Source: Schmidtea polychroa (Eukaryota). Taken from it: a DNA stretch of 64,000 bases. The stretch's first letter is position 1. Every line of letters begins with the position of its first letter. Of this stretch, positions 32,751-46,473 are shown in pieces. Location of the stretch: positions 48,856,001 through 48,920,000 of the forward strand of contig CM097886.1 of the NCBI GenBank assembly GCA_044892525.1. The letters run 5' to 3'. The notes below the pieces were generated by a model that was given only the letters and a program-made list of their open reading frames with translations, was not told the origin of the DNA and did not search any database. The position numbers and the translations under genes are program-made.

Positions 32751-34163
32751 TATAATTTTTTTTTAAATTACGCAATTTAAGGTGTCTTATTTCTCAAAGT
32801 GTTTCAGAAATAATATAAAAACCTATCATCCTAAAATTTATTTTAAAGCACATAAAAAACTAAAGGCAAATATATAATTAAAATAATTTTAGCCTTAGTG
32901 ATGTCTGAATTTCGGTTCGATTTTTGCAAGTTTTCCCCATTATTTTCCCAGGTTCCTGGAATGCTTCTTCTGTTTGCTTACTTCTTTCATGACTCATTTT
33001 TTACTAAAATAAAATTTTTCTGTATTATCTTGTTTGACTAAAACTGACTGAAAGACATCGGAACATAACACGCAGACATAACATCAAGTCGAGTTAAACT
33101 CAAACACTTCTACTATTCAAATAACACTTCTATTATTCAAATAAATATAAATCACTCAACAGAAAAATAATAAAAACAAAAGTAAACTAATATGAGACAA
33201 AATCAAGATATATTACATGAAATCCACTCAAACTCAACATTGACACATAACAGAAGTAGGCAAATTTGAATTATTGGGGATAAGGAGAGATATGAATACA
33301 AATTAAAAATATTTCCACAAAATAACATCAGGAAATGCAATAGGGATACAATATTTACAATAGGAATGAATATAAAACTAGAATACTCTATAAAAATGAC
33401 GAAATCCATAATGACCGCCAAGTAGCTAGTGGGAATTAACTAAAAAATAAAAATTAAATTAACAAAAAACTAACCTGAAATAGCATAAGAATTAAAATAC
33501 ATAGGAATTATTTAATAAAATCTCTAACACAACCTCGAACATTCTAGAAAACCCCCATATCTATTCTGGCAGCAGGTAAGCCCAGTAACGCGGAATACAA
33601 CGAAGATTAAAATATATAGGCAGATCGGGAACTACGATGAACTTTTAGTTTGTTCGTGGTTCCAAGATCTGAATACATAACATTAAGGTTTCATCTCACA
33701 AGAGTCCAGTGGGCTGTATTTCCGAATTGTAATATCGCACGAAGATAACAGATAAACTTAACATCCAAGCTATATTATTTTGTTTTACATATTCCAGTAA
33801 GAGCTCGTTTCCTTAATGTCCAGTGGCTATGGGTAACGAGAATTTAATTTATTTTGGACTCAAATTCATATCACGAAACACAATAGAAACATCGAGTAAT
33901 ACCGATCATACAATTCAAATTGCTTGATATTGTAAATTTTTTACTCGAATCTTTTTTATTGTTCACTTTCTCTAGTGAATTAAAAATCATAATTCGATGA
34001 CTTTTGAATTATAGTGTTATAGATAACTTTTATGTTTTTATATTTTTATAAATAAGTAAAAAATATAATTTTATTATTTTGTTTTACGAAATTCACAATA
34101 AAGTATAATTTATATTATTAAACTCTAGACTCTATTAAAACCATTTCCATTTGTTGTTTTGAC

Positions 34164-35055
34164 ATGTATTCATGTATAAAAGTTGTTTCTTTAGATGCAT
34201 TTGGTACATTAATTTTCCCCAGGATTCCAGTTGGAGCATGTTATGCTCAATTTGCTTGGGAGGCATGTGGGCTTTACTTGCCTGAGAAATTGGTGGAAAA
34301 AAATTTTTTCAAAGTTTATAAAGAAATGTCTCTTATGTATCCAAATTTTGGAACGTCTAATAATATGACATCGAGAACATGGTGGAATAAATTAGTTAGT
34401 AAGTTTGTTTCTATATTTTGATCACGTATACATGATATAGTTATTAATGTTACTATTTGTAATTTGTTTATTAAAAATATTGATTTCAGATTTCCCAAGC
34501 TTTTGGATTATGTATTAATCAAGATAATTTTACTATACATGAAAAACACACAGACAGATTATATGATTGGTATGGTAGATCGGAAGCTTGGGATATATAT
34601 CCAAACACATTTATATGTCTCAATAATTTGAAAGGAAGGAAAATTAAAATAGCAGCTTTGTCAAATTTTGATGAAAGATTACCAAAAATTTTTGACGAAC
34701 TCGATTTAATAACATATTTTGATGTAACTTTTGTATATATAAAGATTAAAATTATTAAATTCAAATTTAGGAAGTAATATTTTCAAGCAGTTTACCATTT
34801 TGGAAACCCGATCCTAATATCTTTAAATATTTGTGCAAACTATTTTCTGTTTCTCCCAATGAAATTTTACATTGCGGAGATAATTATGAAAAAGATTATA
34901 AAGCAGCAATCGATTTTGGAGCACGGGCTGCTTTGATTATAACAGTGTCTGATACAGTTACAAAATTCAGGGAGTCCCTTGCTAATAAAGTTATATGTCA
35001 AAGTCATATTATTCATTCGTTGGACGAGCTTTCTAAAAGTCTATTAAAATCTTGA
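34164..35055 (+). CDS. HDHD3: HAD-superfamily hydrolase, HDHD3/REG-2-like (3 exons)
   Basis: Motif I SLDAFGTL; YPNFG...WW; motif II LSNFDERL; motif III KPDPNIF; motif IV HCGDNYEKD. Introns at ~34400-34489 and ~34724-34770. Confidence 0.9.
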
Positions 35056-36759
35056 ATATTTAGTTTTAAAAATGATATTCGTTTGGATTTGCAGTATTGT
35101 ATTTTAAACAAATTTAATATGAATTTGATTATTTCAATTGAATTAATGTATAAATATTAGTCCTGGGTTATTGAGCTATTATAGTAGGGAGGATGTTGCG
35201 TGATAACTCGCAGCGACATTGTTTTGAGAAAAAGGAAAATAGGAAAAGATTTAAGTGTGAATATTTCCTTAATTCTAGTTAGAGGAATAAATATATTAGT
35301 AACATTGAACATCTGTTATTATTGTTTATATTCTGGGGTGATGTCGATAGCTGATAATATTCAATTTCTCCGACAACCTTGAAAGGGTATAAAAGTTATT
35401 ATGATGTTGGGCATTTGAGAGTCTGATGTCTGGGGTTCATGACGATGAATGGTGAAATCTGTTGCTCAAGAAGCTGGCATGACATTACTATGACTACATA
35501 CCATGTTGGTACTGTACACAAGGGATGAATATGAATGAACAGATGAGCTTAACTGCTAAAACGACTCCATTTGATATTCATCCGTGATACCTGGACGTCG
35601 ATAGAAGGTCTTAGTTTTTCAATGATCACTGTTTATTTCGGGTGAATTGTCGTACTTACTTGGTCTTTTTCCCAAGCGGTTCTATTATTATATATAGTCA
35701 GAGTTTATCCGACAAGATATTTTGTCCCCCTATGGGTATTGGTCGCAAGGGTACTGGTCACACTCAACATGCCGAAGAGTAAACAAGACAATGAAACATG
35801 AATACATTTATTATTATTTTCAAATAAGTATTATAAATTTAGTATAAAGATGAATGGGGGAAGTCTGGGTGGGAAGTGTCCTAAATTTAGTCTGATAACC
35901 CTTTTACAATATTTTCGTCTCCTGACTATGATAAATGACCATGATGTTAGTCGTTACTCTTGGTCGATACTGAATCCGAACCAAGAGTTCTACGATATGG
36001 TAATTTACGTTTTGTGGGGCTATTCATTTTGTTAAACCTAAATTCAGATCGAGGTTCTGTCACATCTATAACACGGATACTTCGGTGGGTCAACGACAAA
36101 TGTTCACTAATGGACTGATACCATTCTAGTTAGTCTTTATGTAATAACCAGATATCGAGCCAGTTGGACAAGTCGTCAGGTATAGAGCAAAAGTCATATG
36201 CAGATCGACTGCTAGTACTCCAGTATTCAGTATTCGTCCTACTCAGGCGTCGGTATAAATTCCGACTCGAAATTCAATAATTACCTGGGAATGTTCTTTG
36301 ATTGTAATCTTTAAGTTATTTATGGTGCCCGAGCTTTTTTTAGAGTTTGGATGAATTTTTCGTACCTGTTCCGGTGGGAACCAGGTTACTTTAATTCTCC
36401 AACACTTCTTTACCAGTGACTCGGCTTTCTAAGCCTGTTAAGCCGTATCTAGACTCTAGATTCTAGAGTATAATACGCCACGTCTTGGTGAAAGTTCTCC
36501 TTCAAGTCCACTAATAAATTTTGTTAAAATTTGTTAATAAATTTGTGCCATTATATTTGTCCAAAACATTTTTGTTGTTCGATTGAATTCTTCCAACTTT
36601 AAATTTTTTGATATACTATCTAAACTCATACATATAAAATTCATTGAGTCAATAAATTTTAAACATCCATATGATACACATTTGTATTTTTCTTTCGTTT
36701 TTCCTATAACATTAAAAGAAATTTTAGGACGAATGGATAATTCTTTTATAAATAGATGA

Positions 36760-37520
36760 ATATAGTGAGACTAGAACCCCAAATTAAAAGCTTGTTTTAA
36801 TGAATCGGAAATACATAGCATAAAAACTGCACCAAGTTGAATTAAAATTTATGATCATACAGCAAATAATACAAAATAAAGTTCTTAACACATTGAGAAT
36901 AAGTAAAACACGTATAATAAAATAAAGGAACGCAAGAAGTTGGAATCACCAACACAGTTATGAGAAATATCGCATTCGAAAAATCTGCCAACTAAAAAAT
37001 AAAATAATAATAAATAAGATTATTGATAATAAATTAATTAATAATATGAAAAGAAATTCTAAGAAGGATTATTGGTGATATTTACATATGAAAGACCATA
37101 ATCGAATTAATTAGGGATGTTATGGCTCGCATTTACATACGAAGGAGCTATGAATGCGTATGTATGCATACATTAAGAAAAAGAACATAAAATATTTATT
37201 TACAAATTAAATGAAGTAAAATATAGGAATAAATACATTTAAAATTTTGTTGGGCTAGAACCGAGAATTGAGAGCTTGTTTTAATGAATCAAAAATATAT
37301 AACAAAAAAATCCCACCAAGTTAAATTAGAACACCAATCAATACAAATTAAAGTACATAACACATTGATGATAAATAAGACATGGTAATAAAATAAAGGA
37401 ACGCAAAAAAAGGTCACGATCACTAACACAGTTAGGAGAAATATCGCATTCGGAATAGCTAACAACAAAAAAATAAAATAATAATAAAATAATGGATAAT
37501 AAATTAATTAATAATATAAA
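36760..37520. repeat. Degenerate ~490-bp-spaced direct duplication
   Basis: CTAGAACC...AGCTTGTTTTAATGAATC...CACCAAGTT...GAAATATCGCATTCG occurs at ~36770 and again at ~37255. Confidence 0.75.
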
Positions 37521-40500
37521 AAATTGTTAAATAAATAAATTTAAAATTTAAAATAAAATATCTATTAAACTGATAAAATGATAAAAGGTAGAATAAACGT
37601 AGAAAAATTAGATGAAATATAAAATTTATAAAACCAGATTGTTTAAATCAATGAAACTAAAATAAAGTTAAATTAACTTATCTAAATTATAAAAACTTGT
37701 AAACCTAAATTGAAATTAGCAAAAACTATTTAAATTATTGAAATATAAAAATTAATCTTAAAAATTAATAAAAAATAGAATTTTGATTAATTAAATTAAT
37801 TAAATTAAAAAATAAACAATTGCACACATTTACGCATGCATGCAAAAATTAATCAGAATTGCCTCGCATTCTAATTGGATATAGGTAGCAAAGAATGCGT
37901 AGGCGTACAATTCAATCAGTATAAATACGGATTGAGATTTCAGTTGTAAAACTTGTTAAAATAGTTTACAGATTAACATAACAAATCGTTTGTCAGATAG
38001 TGAACATATGCTCTCAATTTTCGATTTTATGCCATCGTGGATTGGACTGGGTAATTTTATTTTAATATGAAATTTTTATGTAATGTTTTAAGTTAAATAA
38101 ATTTTATATTCAATTTAGTTTAGTTGTTTAATTTGTTGGGGCACTACTCGGATGACCACCTTTAGTTCAACTTTCTAGCCTAGGGGATGAACGCCCGTTA
38201 CGATTATACCTGTCACTACTGTGTCACCCCGAGCAGGGCCCGTACATAATCTATACTCCAACATAGCACCCGTGAATTGCTTCACGTTGGAACTGTGCTA
38301 TGATGGCGAGGTGCCAGTGAGCAGGTGAGCCACCTCCTTCGGACTACTCCTCACTGAGACCCCGACTTCCTGACCCTGACTGCCGATAGAAGGACTTACG
38401 TCTACACATTCTGTCACCCTGTCGCCATACCCTTGGTTTGGATTGCAAATTGAACAATACTCCTCGAATCTCACAAAAACCTCAATGCTATTTACCACTC
38501 AATGTTAAATCCCTTATGAACGAAAAACAAAACCCGTATACAGACAAAAATTATTTATTTCAAACATTGCAATACAGGCGCGTCGTAATTTATACATCAG
38601 AATTAGAATAAGAGAAAACACAAGGACAGGAAACGATATTAGTTGATTCAGGACTCTCCGACGGATGAGGTCATCTCACGGGAAAATCCTCATTTTTCCC
38701 ACTCGGAGTCGGCGAGTAACTCGTCCAAATCGAAGAATTCGGAGGCGTTTTCCTCCCACGTCACCCCAGCGGCAGATATGCTCCGCCCTAGTGTTCTTGT
38801 TGTTAGGTCAATTACAGCAGGGACGTTATTGACATTACTCCCGAGGTCCGGCAGTTGCTTGGGCTGCTTCGCAGCTATTCGCTCACGCTGTTTCCTTTTG
38901 CGTTCAGCCCTTGATAGCTGCCGACGCTTTGGCTTGTTGGTCGATGAATTGTTTGGGGCTACCGCCGATGTAGAGGCGACGTTAGGCAGTACCCGACTAT
39001 TTCCAACAAAAACCACCTCTAGTTGCTCTGGCGAGAGTTGTGTTTCTACGCACGGCCGGCAGGGTTTTTCAAAGGGAGCGACGATTTGACAGAAGTATCA
39101 TGGTGGGCCGGAAAGAGATTGTCGGCTTCACCGATGGGAATTTTCACTATCTTTCTCGTTGTCGCGGCCTGGATGTACACTTTATGCAGCGCCTCGGACT
39201 GCTCCTTGATCAAACTTCTTTGGGCACGACTCTCGGAGATTAGAGCGTCCCGGCAATGTTCACTTCGGTGTAATTTCTTTTGAGTCTCTTTCATCTGGGA
39301 GGGACTAAACCATGTCCCCTCTAACTCGTCTATCTTCTTTTTGTACCGTCCGATCTGGGTCTGCAGGTCCTTGATTATCGCGTTCTTGTCGGAACAAGAA
39401 AAACAGGGTCTGAGGAGGGTTTTTGCAGTGGGTAACATGTCTGCTAGCTAAGAAGAATAATAACACTAAATGGGATAGATCAAATTTAGAAAATCATCAT
39501 TTTTCGCCACCATTCGTTAATCAATATTAGACATTTTTACAGGAAAAGAAAAACGGATTATTTATCAAGAGGGATTTCCTATGCCGTCCACCTACGCGTA
39601 CTCTGGGTGTTTATTCACTAGAAAATCAACTGACAACATTAGGCTTTACTTAACGAAGGTTGTACATCATTGTTAAAGAAAATGAAAATTACATGTTTAA
39701 AAGGAATTATTGATGACGGAAATTTTTCTTGAAGAGGGTAAATAGCACTGAAAATTCAACCCGAACTAAATAATTCCTAAGTGAAAATTTAGCTAATCAT
39801 TATAATGATTTTATAGATAATTAGATAAGTTGGTTTTGATTCATCATTAAGTAAAAAATATGAAATTTTGCAGTTCCAGTAATAGACTTGGATCAATTGA
39901 GTTGCATTTTGTTTGTATTTTATTTAGGCTTTCGATTATATTATCTATAATTTATTATAATTTTGTTTTCAAATCTCACATCTATTTACTATTTTAAAAT
40001 TAATTATTGAGTTGTTGGTGACTCGTGTTATCATCACTCATGTCTAGTGCTTTCGGTAAATAACCGAGATTTTTATCTGACACACCCGGTGGACTTTTCT
40101 CAAGTTAGCCGTTCGCGGTGAATTATCTACTATCGGGTTAGATGACTATGCGATCTCAAGGAACGTATCACCTGGAAGATAGACTCGTAGAATTATGGCT
40201 AGTGATATCCGTGTTATTATTGGTGAGCACCAGCATGTGGACTTTGGCTATTAGAACTTGCAATGTGTGCATTTACACATGTGTGCGGGTACTCACTTCG
40301 TGAGACTCTTATCCTATTTTGCAGCTTGCATGAATCATCAGATGTTATATCACACCGTGTCGAATTTCTATCTCTCGTGGAAATTTTGCATAGGCAGGTT
40401 TTGCGTACCGCTATTACTGGATGTAATTCGTTTCGTAGACAAACTGGTCAACTATTCAAGCTATAACTTCTACTCCCCATGGATTTTATCAACATGCCCA

Positions 40501-42883
40501 CTGTCTATATCGAGTTGGAAATTTATTAACTATCGCTGGAAATACAATTCAACGAAATGCGGATATTCCATCATCCTCTGTGACATCTCTAAGGCTCGGA
40601 TCTTATGCCCATGGAGGGTCTATCGGATCAGTTACCTCCCATCCTAACTTTGCATCAGTTGCCACAAACGATTGGTATTCGATATACAAGGGAATGACAT
40701 GTTTGATTGTTTTTATAAATACATTTTTCCTAACTAGATTCATTATTATTTTATGGTTTATTATTTTGAGAACTATTTGTTTGTCACAATTCACCACAAG
40801 TAGGTTATTAGAGAGACGCAGCAAAGTTGATTGCACGTGATGGATATAGATGATGAAAGTAGCAGTTGTGAAGATCCTTAGGCTGAAGGTTTCAGGATTA
40901 GTTTCGAGTGGAATCATGAACGCAGATAATATGCTACAAATGATGTCTAGACTGATTTAACGGAAAATCCTGTATAGATCTTCAGATGATAGTACCAATT
41001 TCAATTTGATAAAGACAATAGTATGACGCCCTCAACCACTGTGCGAACTCTCGAACAAGATTTTTCCTCATATGACTACACTTCCCATTGCTTGATAGTT
41101 ACCATCTCTCTACAGTATTGTTCACATATTTTAGTCGCATCTTCAGCGACGGACCCGTGAGGAAGCCCCCACATTACGGCCCGAATCAGCTGCGTGATTG
41201 AAATACCCTAGGTCCACCGGTGGAGCTCCCGAAGGCACCTCACACCATGACACTAGAGTATCTCAACGCCACGTTTCTCGAAAATTTATAATCATTAAAT
41301 AATAATGCATGAAAATCAATCATAAAAAGTTCGTAATAATTCATTTATTAAATAACTAAATCATCTAATTAGCGAATTTATCATTAGGAATAAAACGAAA
41401 AGAGAACTATTTTCAGTTTAAATTTATAATTATTTCATAAAATTACATGACTACTATTACTTAGATAAAAGTATAAATCGAAAAATTCCTTACCAAGTAA
41501 TTTGTATAGATTTATAGGCTGAGTCGGAAGGTATCGAATCGAATAAATGGTTACTCGAAATTTACGTCGATTATTAACTGTTTGATAATATCTCCTGGTT
41601 TCTAGATTGATTCTCGTACGTTGCTACTGTTTACCTGTAAAGTTGGTTGTTTAACTGTCACTGTTAAAATTTATCTTACCTGTAAAGTTGGTTGTTTAAC
41701 TGTAAGTTTATAATTTTTGTGTTTCCTTATATATTAATTTTTGATGTGTGCGGACCAATCAGAATTGAGTGCCGCTTAATTTTATTGCTTTAATTTATTT
41801 TTCTTGTTTTTGAGTTATTTTTTCCTATTTTCTTTATTTTTATTGTGTTTTTTATTTATTTTCTTTAATTTCTTTATTATTTACTACATTTTACGTTATT
41901 TTTTGTCATTCTATTGTCCTATTTCAATTTTCCTTATTTTTATATTTTTTGTCTTAACTCTTATTTTCTAATTTATTATTTTTCTTATATCCTATTCTAT
42001 TTTATTCTTAAATTTGTTTTTGTTTTATTTTTATTTTAATTTAATTATGTTTAACCTAATTTCTTGGATACCCTTCGATTCAGCCCAACAAATTGTTTAA
42101 TTTTCATTTTATTTCTAAGTTTTGGGTAATAATTTTATTGGGTTCAATTGTTAGGCTTATTATTTATGAATAATATTTACAGTGAAGCTGAGATCCAGTA
42201 TACTGCTAGGGTGCGAGTAGGTCAGCTGGCTTTTCAGATTCGCACGGATTGATCGGGCCATAACGAGGAGGCTTCTCCCCTGGTCCGTCTCCGTGAGTAT
42301 TTTCTAGTCGGAAATAGCTTTGACTTAGAAATACAGGCAGATCCCTGCGCAAATTTTTTGAAGGATAATTTGGATATTATAGGAAGTATAGAACAATAAT
42401 TATTAGATGGAAAATAAGGGCGGATCCCTGCGCAAAATTTTAGAAGGGAACAATTGGAAATACCCGTAATTGAGGAGCACAAATAATCTAAAAACAGCAT
42501 ACATAGTGAATAATGACGTAAGACCTTCTATCGGCAGTCTAGAATCCGAAAAGAAAATACAATGGGGAGTAGTTTTAGCAATAGAGCTCACCTGCTCATT
42601 GTTTTTTCACCTTTGTGTACAGTACCAACATGGTCGTCGTCATGGGTACACAAATGGTTTAAATTGCAATAGTCATGGAGGTGCTTAGGAAAGAGTCGAA
42701 CGATTATGATTACCCCCAACGTATTCTAAAATGTAAAAATGACACACCCCTAAGTAACCAACAATTTGAAACTAAAGAAATTCCAGCAGAACTGATAAAA
42801 AAGTAAAAAATAAAATAAAATTAGCTAAAATTATTTAAATTATAAAATATACAAAATTAAATAAATTAATTAATTAATTAAAT

Positions 42884-43918
42884 TGTTGAGGTCAGTAAAT
42901 TAAAATAAATTTAAATATAATGTAGGTTGTATGAAAAACACAAATAAAAGCGTGATCATGCACAGAATTGATAGTGAAGGAAAGTATGATGGAAACAGTA
43001 GTAGGAAATGACAAAAGCAGTTGCGAAAGGCAAAAATCCGGAAATCCGAAAAAATCAATATATTATAAATTTTTGAAATTGAATCTGAAAAACTGGACAG
43101 GTATAGATTAGTTAAGGGTCAACAAGATGGCGATGACGGATTTATCAGAAAATGGTTAGAAAGGGTTGAAAAGCATTCGAATGTGTTAAAACAAAGAATC
43201 GTCAATTAATTAATTAATTGGCTAATAGAAAACCCGACCTAATGGGAAACCCGAGCCAATGAAGAACCAGGGAGATGAAGAAAACCCAAGTTCGATTAAC
43301 ATGAAAAGTAAACAAAACGAGAATCTTGGAAGGCCATTATCATGACACCATGATTAATGGAAACAAACAAAGTTTAAGACTATTAGGAAGGAGTAGCAAA
43401 GGGAGCCAATTATTCACGATATTGTTCAAACAATTTTCAAGGAACCGGTTGTAAAACCATTGTCAGATAGGAGCAATCCGGTCAAAAACCAATTAATTAA
43501 AGTGATTAATTTAGTATAAAAGCATAGTCGAAATTCAAAATAATCGGCATTTTGCTTCAGTTAGGGTTAGAAGAAAACTAGTTTAGAAATAAGAGAAAAA
43601 CGAATTAGGAAGTTTAGAAAAAAGAAAATATGGAACAAGGAGATAAGTAAAAGTGGAAAGGAATCAAATCTAATAGAAAAGAAAAACGTTGGTCAAGAGA
43701 AGCTAGGGAATAAAAAAGTGAATATTGTCTTTTGTCAAAGCATCAACACCGAGCGGAAAATCAGTCAAACTCGTAAAACTTGATTAATGATTATTCGTGT
43801 CGAGAGAGAATATATCTTTATATCTTTGTTATTCAAATATACGTTGGGTAGTTTATTGTTTTGATTAAAAGGACACGTGGAGTCAGAGGTTACCGACTTG
43901 AAGTAGTAAAACCCAACA
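42884..43918 (+). mobile_element. Solo LTR, family B
   Basis: TGTTGAGG...CCCAACA with TSD AAAT; colinear similarity to 16306-17343. Confidence 0.88.
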
Positions 43919-46473
43919 AAATCAATTAAATTAAAAATATATAATTACACACACTCATGCATTCGTGCGTAAATCAAATTTTACTGCATTCTGATTGGAT
44001 CTAATGGTAAAGAATGCATCTATGCACAGTCAAAATCATTATACTAATTGCAAATTCAGTTGGATATACTTGTTTAGACAATGAAAACTTGTTATTTCAT
44101 ATAGTGTAAACATTGTTTCAGACAGTAAACATATGCTCTCAGTTTTCGTTTTATGCTATTGTGGTAAGTTTGAATTGGATTTGGTAATTTTATGTAAGGT
44201 GTAATTTTTTGTAATGTTTTCAGTTAATAAATCTTTGTATTCAATTTATTTCTGTTTAATTTTTTTGTTGTTCTTTTTAATTGTTTAATTCTTGTTTAAT
44301 TTTTTAAGTTTTAAATAATAATTTATAATAGGTTCAACTTTTACATTTATTAATTTTGAATAGTATTTACAGTAAAGCTGGGATTCAGTAGACAACAGCT
44401 TAAGGGACCTGAACTCTGTTCTCCTCCAATAAGTTGTATCTACAGTGTTCGACTCTGAGGAGTTTCTTGTTTACCTCTTTCATTTGGACGGGGTTGAACC
44501 ACGTCCCCTCCAAATGCTCAATTTTTAACTTTTATAACCGAATTTCCTCCTGGTATTTGAACAACTATACGCTTTTATCCGAGTATGAGAAGTACAGTTT
44601 GCGAACAGGTTTGTATGAAACTGGTGTAGACATGAACTGAAAACAGTAATTAGATATAAACAATCGTCACTACTGTTACAGAAAATTATATGAGAAGGAT
44701 TATTCTTCACGTAGTGTCGTAATACGCTCTGTGTAATTAATTGATTTGGAGTTAATTGGTTGTAATTGGTACTTGTACGATCTATTGTGGATATTAACAA
44801 AGGTTATCTTGTTAGGGATTGTCTATTTGTGAATTAATAAAACACGCTTTGGAGTTAGAATGAAAATTTAAATTTACAAATATTATCACCGACCAAATAA
44901 CCCAACATATTGAACATCCTAAATATTTTATTAATGTTTGACTGTTATTCTTTTTAACACTTTTCTAATACCTCCATATAATTTATTAGTTCATTGAATA
45001 GTTAATTTAATTTTGGACTTTCATTATATCGTTTTTTAGCCTTGTCATTAATTTTTTCTTTATTGTTTTGTGAGTAATCTTTCTGATTTTGTAATATTTT
45101 CTCTTTGTGACATGTATAATATCCATGATGATGAATTTACCTACCATATTTTTGTTCACATTCTATACACTCTGAATTATAAACATTGTAATCTCTCTTT
45201 AATCTCATTCTAAATTCGCTTATTGTTTTTTCACTATTAAACTTTGTGCAAACTTTTCTTGATAAAACAATTTTCAAATTTCTTATTCCTAAAAAACCTT
45301 CCTCTTTGTACATTTCTTCTCTTAACTTATTTTCAATACTTTCATATTTTTTAAAAATACCAATTTATATTTTTCTTTTCTTTTAATAATTTTAAACGAT
45401 TCATTTGATTTTTCAATATTACATTTAGTACATATTTTAAAGAACGTTTTTTAAAAACATTATTTTATTATGAATTTAGCAAACACTAACATGTCTATTT
45501 TAAACTCACTTGAGCCCATTCGACTCCAATAACTATATTTTGGAAGATGATGTTCTCCTTTATATTATGCACGTGGAAATTCTGGTAATTTATAACTCGC
45601 TTGTTGTAAATACCCACCACTTTTTATTTTATGAATATTGGTTCTTTATTGTTTCACTTTGTATGATTTTGAAATATTTTTTTCGCAAGATTCGTAAAAA
45701 TAAATTTTTATACCAATAATTTTATTTACCCGAGAATTTCCAGGAGAATTATTTTCTGGAAAATTTATCGATAATTCTCCAGATTAGAATAGAAAGACTC
45801 ATTCTTCCCTCAGTGCGCACTTTTTTACTAATCTTTGTAACTTTAGCTCCCAAGTATTTTTACAAGCTTGCTATATTAGCAAACTACACAGTTCAAAGTT
45901 GGATTATTTTCTAAATTTACCTGTTGGAGTTTGGAATTTAAAAAACAAACTGGGTTTGAAATTTTGTAGATTGCTTTCCAAGGTGGCTTGTTTGAAAACA
46001 ACTATTTTATAAATTTTAACCCCTTCTGTCATCGGTTCACTGGGGAAAGAATAAGTCTTTCTACTCTACTGGTAGCACTTATGATAAATATCTTATTTGC
46101 TCGTACAAAACTGAAAGGCTAATTTTTTTCAAATATTTTTATTTCGTCAACTTCATGGTATGACCTTAATATTTTAGCAATTTTATTAGCAGTAAATCAT
46201 CTGAGGCTTTAGAATAGCTCAAAAACATTTAAATCATTTTAAAATTTTCACGAATTCTCGAATTCATAAATTTTTTACTTACATGATATTTTGTTTAAAA
46301 GGAATACTTATAAAATAAATTCTAAATTCTTTTAAATTTTATTTTTTTTCAATATATTAAGTTATGCAAATTTTGAATATTTTTTATTTGGAATGGTTAT
46401 TTATTAAATTAATTGAAGCTCCCTTTTATAATTTTTTATTAATTTGTTAATTAATCAATTTTAGTTGTAATTA

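Noticed and set aside
40100-40917. Second DEDD-like accessory ORF on the minus strand
   Set aside because: Too many stops and only faint resemblance; cannot be supported by eye.
45500-46200. Decayed helicase or origin-binding protein on the minus strand (IFIISATSSRKT as a Walker A)
   Set aside because: Degenerate motif, several stops, and no Walker B identifiable.
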